A stretch of 36,459 nt of DNA, from positions 1-36,459 of the forward strand of contig JASBZN010000001.1 of assembly GCA_029983435.1 (NCBI GenBank), read 5' to 3'. Positions 16,554 to 25,300 of the stretch are shown here, piece by piece (position 1 is the stretch's first letter; every line of letters begins with the position of its first letter). Source of the stretch: Urinicoccus sp. GTDB taxonomy: Bacteria; Bacillota; Clostridia; Tissierellales; Peptoniphilaceae. A program made the translations under genes and the position numbers. The notes beneath the pieces are model-generated. The model did no database searches, was not told the DNA's origin, and saw only the letters and a list, made by a program, of their open reading frames with translations.

Positions 16554-18071
16554 CTAAGGCTTGATTAAATTTTCCTTTAATAAATAAGCCCTGGCGACAT
16601 CTCTAGCGGCTTTTCCTTCGACATCAACTTCATAGTTCATTTGAGTCATTTCTTGGGAAGAAATTTTTCCTGCCAGCTTGCCAAGAACTTCTTTTAGTTC
16701 AGGGTATTTTTTCAAGGTATCTTCTCGTAAAAGAGGGGCTGCTTGATAGGGAGGAAAGAGTTGCTTATCGTCTTCTAAGACTTTCAGCTGGTTGGTTATA
16801 ATTTGGCTATCTGTAGAATAGACGTCTGTTATATCAATGGACTGGTTGGAAATAGCTGTATATCTTAGGGCTGGTTCCATGGTCTTTACTTGGAAGTTTA
16901 GCTGATAAAGGGATTTTAAACCTCGATTTCCATCTTCCCTGTCATTAAATTCCAAGGTGAAACCTGCCACAGCAGAATTTTCTAGCTTTCCAAGGTCAGA
17001 AATTTTTTCCAGCCCATGGTCCTTGGCATAATCTTGGCGAACGGCCAAGGCATAGGTGTCTTGAAACTTACTAGGAGCTAGGTAAACTAGCTTATCTTGG
17101 GCATAAATTTTATCTCTTGCTACTTCATAAACCTTTTGGGGGTCATTAGATATTTTTCCCAAGTCTTCTGTTAAAAGAGAACTGGTAATAGTTCCTGTAA
17201 ATTCTGGGTAGATGTCGATGCTTTTGCCTTTTAAAGCCTCATACAAGAAGGTCGTTTTACCAAAATTTGGCTTGACTTCCACCTTGATATCGGTGTCGTT
17301 TTCAATTAACTCCTTATACATATTGATGATGATTTCTGGCTCTGCTCCCAGCTTGCCAGCTACGACTAATTCTTTTTTCCCAGATCCAGCCCAGGGAATA
17401 AAACTCAAGGCTAGTAAGACAATAGCCAGAAAAAAGGAAAGGAGAATGGTCCTTGGCTTTTTGTTTTGTAAAATTTTAATAAGGCTACTAAAAAGAACAG
17501 CTAAAAGGGCCGAAGAAATAGCCCCTATGAGTATGAGAGAGGAATTATTCCGATCGATGCCCAGTAGAATAAAGGACCCCAGGCCGCCAGCTCCAACTAA
17601 GGCCGCCAGAGTTGCCGTTCCTATAATCATAATGGCAGAGGTCCTTACTCCCGACATGATAATAGGCATAGCCAGACTGAGTTTATATTTTTTTAACTTT
17701 TCCCATTTAGTCATTCCAAAGGCTGTCGCCGCTTCTTCTAAGGAAGGATCAATTTCAGAAAAGCCCGTCACCGTTCCCTGGTAAATGGGAAAAAGAGCAT
17801 AAATCACAAGGGCTGTAATGGCTGGCACTTTCCCAATTCCCATAAAGGGAATAAAAAGTCCTAAAAGAGCCAAAGAGGGAATGGTTTGAAAAATTCCTGT
17901 AACTTGTAAGATCCCTTCGTTGATTTTTTTGCGATTGGATAAGACAATAGCCAAAGGGACAGCGATGATAATAGCAAGGAGAAGAGAAAGTAGAGAAATT
18001 TGCAAATGTTCAAAGAGGGCAAGGACCCACTGAGATTTTCTTTCTAGAAAAGTTTCTAATAACTTATTCAT
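16554..18071 (-). CDS. Osmoprotectant (glycine betaine/choline/carnitine) ABC transporter, permease fused to substrate-binding domain
   Basis: [13 protein letters not shown] loop ([11 protein letters not shown]), [12 protein letters not shown], then the SBP motifs [28 protein letters not shown] and DDKQLFPPY. Confidence 0.92.
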   Translation of the reverse strand: MNKLLETFLERKSQWVLALFEHLQISLLSLLLAIIIAVPLAIVLSNRKKINEGILQVTGIFQTIPSLALLGLFIPFMGIGKVPAITALVIYALFPIYQGTVTGFSEIDPSLEEAATAFGMTKWEKLKKYKLSLAMPIIMSGVRTSAIMIIGTATLAALVGAGGLGSFILLGIDRNNSSLILIGAISSALLAVLFSSLIKILQNKKPRTILLSFFLAIVLLALSFIPWAGSGKKELVVAGKLGAEPEIIINMYKELIENDTDIKVEVKPNFGKTTFLYEALKGKSIDIYPEFTGTITSSLLTEDLGKISNDPQKVYEVARDKIYAQDKLVYLAPSKFQDTYALAVRQDYAKDHGLEKISDLGKLENSAVAGFTLEFNDREDGNRGLKSLYQLNFQVKTMEPALRYTAISNQSIDITDVYSTDSQIITNQLKVLEDDKQLFPPYQAAPLLREDTLKKYPELKEVLGKLAGKISSQEMTQMNYEVDVEGKAARDVARAYLLKENLIKP

Positions 18072-18804
18072 TCTTTAGCTCCTTTTCCTGGTTAAAAAAT
18101 TCCCTGACAAAGGTGTTTTCGGGATTTTCAATCATTTCCTTTGGACTGGCAATTTGTACGACTTTCCCCTCTTTCATGATACAAATCCGATCTGCCAGTT
18201 TTAAGGCTTCATCCATATCATGGGTAACAAAGACAGTGGTTATCTTATAGTCCTGGTGGATTTTTTTAATTAAATCCTGGAGCTGAGCCTTACTAATGGG
18301 GTCCAAGGCAGAGAATGGTTCATCCATTAAAAGGACTTCTGGGTCTCCTGCAATGGCCCGAAGAATACCAATCCTTTGTTTTTCTCCTCCAGAAAGGTCT
18401 TTTGGTAGTCTCTTGCGATATTTTTTCGGATCTAAACCCACTTGGTCCAAGAGGCGATCTGTCCTTTGACTGATTTCCCTTTTATCCATTTTTTTCATTT
18501 CAGGAATCAAGGCAATATTTTCAGCTACTGTGAGATTTGGAAAAAGAGCAATTTGCTGTAAAACGTAGCCCATATTAAGTCGCAACTGCCGAAGAGGATA
18601 GTCTTTTATTTTCTTTCCCCTAAACAAAATATCTCCTTCTGTTTGTTCAATAAGTCGATTCATAAGCTTAAGACTCGTTGTTTTCCCACTTCCACTGGGA
18701 CCTACCATGACAAAAAACTCTCCGTCTTCAATTTCAAAATTTAATTTATCGAGTACTTTTCCACTGCCTGGATAGGCCATGGATACATTTTTATAAATAA
18801 TCAT
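18064..18804 (-). CDS. Osmoprotectant ABC transporter ATP-binding subunit (start revised to 18804)
   Basis: Walker [20 protein letters not shown], signature LSGGEKQR, Walker [26 protein letters not shown] before MIIYKNVSM. Confidence 0.92.
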   Translation of the reverse strand: MIIYKNVSMAYPGSGKVLDKLNFEIEDGEFFVMVGPSGSGKTTSLKLMNRLIEQTEGDILFRGKKIKDYPLRQLRLNMGYVLQQIALFPNLTVAENIALIPEMKKMDKREISQRTDRLLDQVGLDPKKYRKRLPKDLSGGEKQRIGILRAIAGDPEVLLMDEPFSALDPISKAQLQDLIKKIHQDYKITTVFVTHDMDEALKLADRICIMKEGKVVQIASPKEMIENPENTFVREFFNQEKELKNE

Positions 18805-18957
18805 CGAAATCTCCTTTACTTGACAAGTTATAGGTCCCTTCTTTCCTTCTTCTCTCCTATAAGCAACATTTTTTATCACTTGTTTTAAAATAGATACCCT
18901 TTTTTAAACAGTCTATCCACCTACATCGTCTTTATCCCTCATCCAAGTTTTTCTTAT

Positions 18958-19004
18958 AAAAAAGAGCTCCCCCCTTAGCCTGAACAGGCTCTAGCTTGAA
19001 GCTC
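18958..19004 (-). terminator. Probable terminator of the activase operon
   Basis: Outer GAGCT/AGCTC and inner AGCCTG/CAGGCT stems with an A-run on the left. Confidence 0.5.
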
Positions 19005-19047
19005 CATTTAAAAAATTTCCTATCCAATTATTTTCTTCTGCATTTTT

Positions 19048-20004
19048 TTATAGTTCCTTAATGGCACCCCGTTCACACCGGTTTCCCCAAGAGTCGATGA
19101 GCTTGCCATCTTTTAAGACACACATAATTTCACAATGGTTGGGACACTTATTACAATTCACGCCTTTTGTCGTAAATTCGATCTCTGTCGTCTCAAAATT
19201 AAATTCTTTATGGTCTCCCATTTTATGGGCCAAAATGGCAATTCCTATAGCCCCTGCCAAGTGTCCCACTTCATCCACAATAATTTCTTGCCCTAAGGAT
19301 TCTTCAAAAAACTTTTTTACACCCTTATTTTTACTTACACCGCCTTGAAAAACAATGGGGCTTTGGATGTTTTTCCCCCGGCCTACGTTGTTTAAGTAGT
19401 TGTTGACAATGGACTTACAGAGCCCCGCAATAATATCTTCCTTCTCATAACCCATTTGCGCCTTATGAACCAAGTCAGACTCTGCAAAAACTGTACACCG
19501 GGCAGCAATGGGCGTGGGATTTTCTGAACTTAAGGCAATATCGCCAAAATCCTCCACAGCAACCCCTAACCGATTGGCCTGGGAGGATAAAAAAGCACCC
19601 GTTCCTGCTGCACAAAGAGTGTTCATGGCATAATCCACCACAATGCCATTGTCAATTAAAATAATTTTTGAATCTTGACCTCCAATTTCCAGAATAGTTT
19701 TTACATCTGGGTGCATGGAAATCGTCCCAATGGCATGGGCCGTAATTTCATTTCTTTCAATTCCTGCATCGGTAATGGCCCCTACCAACTTTCTTGCCGA
19801 GCCTGTTGTCCCGACAGCCATAACCTGATACGTATTCGTATCCAATTGATCTTCTAAAGATTTTGTGAGTTTCTTTACTGCTTCAATGGGATTTCCCTCT
19901 GTCATTAAATAATCTTGGGCTAAAATATGATTGTCCTCATCTAAAATAACCCCCTTGGTAGAGATACTTCCTACATCAATTCCATAAAATGCCTTTTTCA
20001 TCAT
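19048..20004 (-). CDS. ATP-dependent Fe-S activase (BadF/BadG/BcrA/BcrD, HgdC-like) with extra C-terminal Cys motif
   Basis: GIDVGSISTK, EITAHA, ILEIGGQDSK, cluster ligands MNTLCAAGTG and RCTVFAES, FQGGV. Tail CNKCPNHC...WGNRCERG. Confidence 0.92.
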   Translation of the reverse strand: MMKKAFYGIDVGSISTKGVILDEDNHILAQDYLMTEGNPIEAVKKLTKSLEDQLDTNTYQVMAVGTTGSARKLVGAITDAGIERNEITAHAIGTISMHPDVKTILEIGGQDSKIILIDNGIVVDYAMNTLCAAGTGAFLSSQANRLGVAVEDFGDIALSSENPTPIAARCTVFAESDLVHKAQMGYEKEDIIAGLCKSIVNNYLNNVGRGKNIQSPIVFQGGVSKNKGVKKFFEESLGQEIIVDEVGHLAGAIGIAILAHKMGDHKEFNFETTEIEFTTKGVNCNKCPNHCEIMCVLKDGKLIDSWGNRCERGAIKEL

Positions 20005-20033
20005 TTATTTTTACTCTTCCCCTCACTCATTCT

Positions 20034-21098
20034 CTATAAAATCTTTTCTTTTCGCATCATAATCATATCATAAAAAGCTTCCAGCCTAGTCTCTAACCCA
20101 ATACCACCAGTTTGCGAATCAAAGGAAACATAGAGGATGGGAATTTCATAGTCCTTACTGATATTTTGTAAGACACTCATGGTGTCAATCTCTGGCATAC
20201 AGCCTGCAGACTTGATATGAATAATTCCATCATAACCTTTTTTCGCACATTTTAAAGCCGCCCCTATGGTGTACATACTAGTCGCTCCCATATCGTAGCT
20301 GGCATAATTTTTGATATGCTTTTTTACTTCTTTTTCTGGTCGATGAATGAGCGTATTGGTAAAATTCATCCACCGACTCACTTCAATCCCCTTTTTCGCC
20401 AACCACTTCTCTAAAAAATGATTGGAAAAAGGCTGCATAATCGTATAATATTCCCCAACAATCGCCACTTTTAAAGGATTTTTCGGCTTATCTATTTCAA
20501 TTTTGTTGAAGCGTTTAAGATACTCTTTTTGGTGAACTTTTAACTCTTTTAGCGTTTTTACTTGCCGCAGGTCTTCCAAATACTCATCATACAAACGTTG
20601 GAAAGACCCTTCCTCCACCTCAAACCCTAAATTTTTCCTTAAAAAATCATCCACAACATCCAGGTATTCCACCATCTTTACAGCCGTAGGCAAGACTTCC
20701 CCAATCCGGATTAAAGACATTTCCGAATTCAAGGCCTTAAACTTTTCATACCAAGAAGATGGTTTTTTCAACCTGGTTTGGGCAAAATTAACAAAGCGAA
20801 CATCATAACCCAAATCTCGGATAATCTGCTCATGCAATTCCCCATAATAGCCCAATCGACAAAGTCCACCGACACTCACCAAAATATTGGCCCCCGCTTC
20901 GATGGCTTCAATGTAATTTCCCAACATAAACTTAAAAGGCGCACAAACCGAATCCGGACTGTACTTTGCTCCAATCTCCAAAGTTTTATCCGTCATCTTG
21001 GGCGGATTGACATATTCCAGACCCATTCCCTCGTTGAAGATAAATTCAAAAACAACATTATAATTTCCTATCTGGGGAAATGTCACTTTTTCTGTCAA
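20034..21098 (-). CDS. 2-hydroxyacyl-CoA dehydratase-like (reductase/dehydratase) Fe-S subunit (start probably TTG at 21098)
   Basis: VCAPFKFMLGNYIEA, GGLCRLGYY, KVAIVGEYY, DGIIHIKSAGCMPE and SFDSQTGGIGLETRLEAF. AGGAAGGTGG RBS. Overlaps the upstream gene end. Confidence 0.8.
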   Translation of the reverse strand: MTEKVTFPQIGNYNVVFEFIFNEGMGLEYVNPPKMTDKTLEIGAKYSPDSVCAPFKFMLGNYIEAIEAGANILVSVGGLCRLGYYGELHEQIIRDLGYDVRFVNFAQTRLKKPSSWYEKFKALNSEMSLIRIGEVLPTAVKMVEYLDVVDDFLRKNLGFEVEEGSFQRLYDEYLEDLRQVKTLKELKVHQKEYLKRFNKIEIDKPKNPLKVAIVGEYYTIMQPFSNHFLEKWLAKKGIEVSRWMNFTNTLIHRPEKEVKKHIKNYASYDMGATSMYTIGAALKCAKKGYDGIIHIKSAGCMPEIDTMSVLQNISKDYEIPILYVSFDSQTGGIGLETRLEAFYDMIMMRKEKIL

Positions 21099-22014
21099 AC
21101 AAGCCACCTTCCTTTTGAAATAAAATAATATCTAAGAAACTTTCCAGCCTGGTTTCAAGTCCTCCCACGCCTTCTTGTCCATCAATAACCAAATTTAAAA
21201 TAGGAACATTTTTTATCTTCCGCAAAATCATTTCGTTTGCCATGGAATCTGGTCCACAGTTAAAAGAACTGATTAAAATAATCCCATCGATCTTTGGCTT
21301 AAACTTTAAAATAGCCCCCAAGAGCTGCCGGTTAAACGTCCAGGGCATGGTATCCGTTAACTCTTTTGCATAAAAGTCCGCCTTCTTCCCATCCATGTCC
21401 GTTGCCAAAAGAAGCTCCACATCCATCTCTTTTAAATAATTCAAAATCATTGATCCCGAATATGCATCAAAAACATTGTACTTATGTCCAACCAAAAGAA
21501 TCTTTACCTTGTCCGAACTTAGCTTGTCCTCCATCTTCTTTTCCTGGTTAGAAATCGCATCATTCCTTAAATGCTTGGCCTTTCTATAGGCAAGAATCGA
21601 TTGACTTTTCCTCTTTCCCAAAAATTTTCCCAATTTAATAAAACTCTTTCGCTCGCTTTCGCCTTCACTATAGTTAATATTAAAAGGTAAAATAGTTAAG
21701 CCTTCCTCACGAAAAGTATTGGCCACAAGATCTATCGTTGCTTGATACCTGGTACACATCCGGTCATAATAGCCCAAGGTTTCCATTCTTGGAACTAAAA
21801 TATAGTCACATTTCCCAATAAGAAACTCCACATGGCCCAAAAAGACTTTTAAAGGCAGGCAACTTTCATCCATGGCATGGTTGACCCCCTTCTGGTAAAT
21901 CTCCTTATCCGTTTCTGGACTGATAATATACTCCACACCCAATTCATCCAAAAAAGTCGTCCACATCAAGGCAAATTCATAATAAAGAAGACCCCTCGGT
22001 ATTCCTACTCTCAT
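21058..22014 (-). CDS. DUF2229 / acyl-CoA dehydratase activase-related protein (start probably ATG at 22014)
   Basis: MRVGIPRGLLYY, ESCLPLKVFLGHV, ILLVGHKYNVFD, SSFNCGPDS and LVIDGQEGVGGLETRLESFLD. Confidence 0.85.
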   Translation of the reverse strand: MRVGIPRGLLYYEFALMWTTFLDELGVEYIISPETDKEIYQKGVNHAMDESCLPLKVFLGHVEFLIGKCDYILVPRMETLGYYDRMCTRYQATIDLVANTFREEGLTILPFNINYSEGESERKSFIKLGKFLGKRKSQSILAYRKAKHLRNDAISNQEKKMEDKLSSDKVKILLVGHKYNVFDAYSGSMILNYLKEMDVELLLATDMDGKKADFYAKELTDTMPWTFNRQLLGAILKFKPKIDGIILISSFNCGPDSMANEMILRKIKNVPILNLVIDGQEGVGGLETRLESFLDIILFQKEGGLFDRKSDISPDRKL

Positions 22015-22096
22015 CTCTACTCCCATCACTCCATCTTTCCATACAAATCTTAAAACAAACTCTTTTCAGATGGATAAATTTATTCCTATTCTCTTT

Positions 22097-22105
22097 ATTA
22101 TACCA
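22097..22105 (-). promoter_or_regulatory. Extended -10 promoter element (TGGTATAAT) for the DUF2229 operon
   Basis: Reverse complement TGGTATAAT about 85 nt upstream of the ATG. Confidence 0.55.
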
Positions 22106-22218
22106 TTCTTTCCTACCCAATAACCCTGTCCTCCCCGTAAGTCCCTAAGAAAAGAAAAAATCGAACATCTTTTATCTTGCAAGCGGAACCACACACCTAT
22201 CCTTATTTTCAAAGCCCA

Positions 22219-22254
22219 TAAAAAAGGCACCTTATTTCCCTTTAAGATGCCTTT
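22219..22254 (-). terminator. Second, orphan terminator-like hairpin in the intergenic region
   Basis: On - strand AAAGGCATCTTA...TAAGGTGCCTTT followed by a U-run. Confidence 0.6.
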
Positions 22255-22350
22255 ACAATCCACCAAGATCATCCCGTCGTCAATACTTTCAAACATAAGG
22301 ATCCGATTAATGTTTCATCCTCCATTCTAAAAATCGCCAATCCTAAAATA

Positions 22351-22386
22351 AAAAAAGATAGGTTACATATGTAACCTATCTTTTTT
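22351..22386. terminator. Perfect 36-bp palindrome acting as terminator of the 2126-aa gene
   Basis: AAAAAAGATAGGTTACAT|ATGTAACCTATCTTTTTT, 4 nt past the stop codon. Confidence 0.85.
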
Positions 22387-22390
22387 CCAT

Positions 22391-25300
22391 TTACTTTTGT
22401 CTTGGTATCCATTGGAACAAGTCTTGTTCGATAATAGCATCCTTTACATCTATTGAGTAAGCCTTTTTATCTTTTCCATAGGCAATGTACCGGCCTCCCC
22501 TTTGATGGAGGAAGGTGTTACTTGCACAAAGGATGTCGTAATAAGCCCACATACTTGGATTAATATCGCTATAATTGATCAAGTAGTTTTCATTGCCCTT
22601 CATAAAGTCTTCATCTTGAATACGACGGAAGGCCCGGTTGGATACCGCTGCAACTTCTTTTCTCGTAATGGGCGCATCATATGCAAAGGGAATCAATCCT
22701 TCTGTATAGATGGTCAACCAACCCTTTTTATAGGCGCCTTGAATTTCTCCCATAGCCCAATGGTTTGGTCGCAACTTCATCGCGTTTCCTGCTTCTTTAT
22801 CTACATATTGGAACCGACGTAAGGTAGCGATCCATTCTGCCCGAGAAATTTTTTGATTTGGCTTAAATTCTCCATCGTCATAACCAACAAATACCTTGGC
22901 TTGCGTGGTAATCTTAACCGCATCGTTAAACCATTTAATTTGTTTTGTGTCCTTGTAAGGAAGCTTGTAATTCAAATCAAAAGGATAGCCATCTTGTTTT
23001 AAGGCATTGGCTAAAATTTGTGCCGCCTCAGCTCTTGTCAACCCATCGTCTGGTCGGAATTTTCCTTGGAACCCTTCCATATACCGCACTTCTCGACGAA
23101 GAACTTGACGATCTTTATAAACTGTTTCTGTTTTAGTTTGACCTGGAACCGGCACAGGATAAGGACTTGGATAAGGTTGTGGTACTGGATAAGGTTTTTC
23201 GATAATATCTGGTCCAGGTTTGACGTAAACTAAAATATCTACAAGCTGAGTCATCCCATTTTCCCTAAAGCGAATGCGGACCTTAGCGGAAGTCATGCCA
23301 TCCTTTCCTACCTCAGGTTGTTGGACAACCTCTTCAACAGTGAAGTCCTTGTCTGATTTAATTTGTTCTTGATAGGCTCCCAGTCCAGGTTGGACATTTA
23401 AATCTGTCGTAACAACCCGAGTTTGAATTGTGGGATCAAAAACTGGTGTCCCTGGTTTTTGTTCCCTATATTGTGCCGTAATCGTTGTTCCCTCTTTAAA
23501 TTGTCCTACTAGGGTTGGTTCCCATTTATCAAAGACATATTGGGTGTCTCCATCTTTTTTCCCTGTAGGGTCTTCTGCAGGAATTTTTACAGTTTTATTA
23601 GGATTTACCCAGAAGAGACGACTTGCAGGATCTGTTGCCTTGTCTGTGGGGTCTACCGTAACAAGAACAAAATATTCTGGTACATTGCCTGGCTTTTGGT
23701 CCCCTGTTTGCGGAATGACATTGGGTACATATTGCGCCTCAAGAGTCATATCTTGCGTCACTGGATCCTTCGTTGGATCAAATGCTTTTTCATCCAAAGT
23801 CCAACCTGTAAAGGTATAATCAGCCTTTTCTGGAGGTGTCACTTCCCCGATAACTTGTCCATGTTCCACTGTTTTTGAAGCAATATAGCTACCGCCATTT
23901 GTGTTAAAGTTTACAGTATGTCCGTTGGTAGTCCAAACAGCTGTCGCTGTGCTGTCTTCCGTTAAAGTCACACTTTGACCAGGCCGATAAATTTGGTCTC
24001 CGATTTTCCAACCCTTAAAGACCGCATTCTCTTTACTTAAACCATTGGAATCCGCTAAAGTAATTGCTTTACCTTTTTCCGTTGATTGCGGAGAGGGTGG
24101 CGTACCAGTCCCTTCCCCTGCCTCATAAGTCAACGTCACCGTATTCGAAATATTTGAAAATTCTGGATAAATTAGGGTATCTTCTGTAAACATATATCTT
24201 TGTTTTATATTGTCCTTTTCAAAGATATATTCTCCATTGGTGTTTACCTTGTTATTATTAGAGGTCCAGTGCGTAAAGCCTAACTTTTCTTTTTCTTCCT
24301 CTGTCAATTTTATTTCAGGAATTTCTACCCAAGCTTTTGGATTTACATAGTAAATCTTAGAGTCTTTTTCGCCAGCTTTCCCTGTTGGATTTACGGTTAC
24401 TTTTACATAGCCACCTGTAATATCCTTTAATTCTCCATTTTCAGCCTTGCTCAAAAATTCTGGCTTTTCTCCACTTGTCAACGCTTCATAACGATTTTTA
24501 TAAATTTTTACTGGAATTTCAATATCTTGTACAGAATTATCTGCAAAGTTTACTTTTGCCTTGAAATTTACAGTTCTTACAAGTTCCTCTGAATCAAGCT
24601 TTCCTAATTCTTTTAACTTTTTATAGATAGCATCTTGCGTAAGTTCATTTCCAGCTTCATCCATGATTGTTACTGTGGCATCTTTTGGCAAGCCACTTTC
24701 CTTGCCGTTTTTATTAACCCATTTAACTTGATCTTTTAACTCATCAAGAGTCGGAGCAAAGTTATTGATCCAATTTCCATCAGGATCTTTATAGGATTCT
24801 GTTCTTACAAGTTCATGTACCTTTACTCCAGACCAATCAAAGTAGGCTGTAAAAGTATACTTCTTGTCTATAATCGTATTACTATTTAGAAGTTTTTCAT
24901 TGTCCCACTTAGTAAATTTCTTTCCTGCATCAGGTGTGATGTAATACTTGCCTTCAACTTTTTCTTCGCCTTCCTTTACTTCTTCTGGAACTAGAAGATT
25001 ATCTGATTTTAGTCCAACGATTACATCGTAGTAAAGTTCCCTAACTAGATTATCTTTGGCATCTGTAAAGTTTCCGCCATTGTCTGCTTTAAAAGTTACT
25101 CTTACATATCCATCTGGCACTGGATCATTAGGGTCTTTTACTTCAATTACTCTTACGTCCTTGTAGAAAAAATTAATTTCATCAAGTCCAGTTTCGTTGA
25201 TGCCGGCAAAGGTATCTGTGTCTTCATAAATGTCAAAGAATACTTGTTGTTGGGGCTTGTCATTTAAAACCCAACCAGGAATTCTTCTGTAATTTCTTGC

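Noticed and set aside
19048..22014. Confident call as hgdABC/fldBCI/hadBCI amino-acid fermentation dehydratase
   Set aside because: The DUF2229-type subunit, the extra Cys tail on the activase and the lack of linked CoA-transferase/ETF genes do not fit, so no gene symbol is assigned.
22066..22296. 76-aa minus-strand ORF as a real gene
   Set aside because: It crosses a terminator hairpin and the promoter of the next operon, and has no RBS or recognisable motif.
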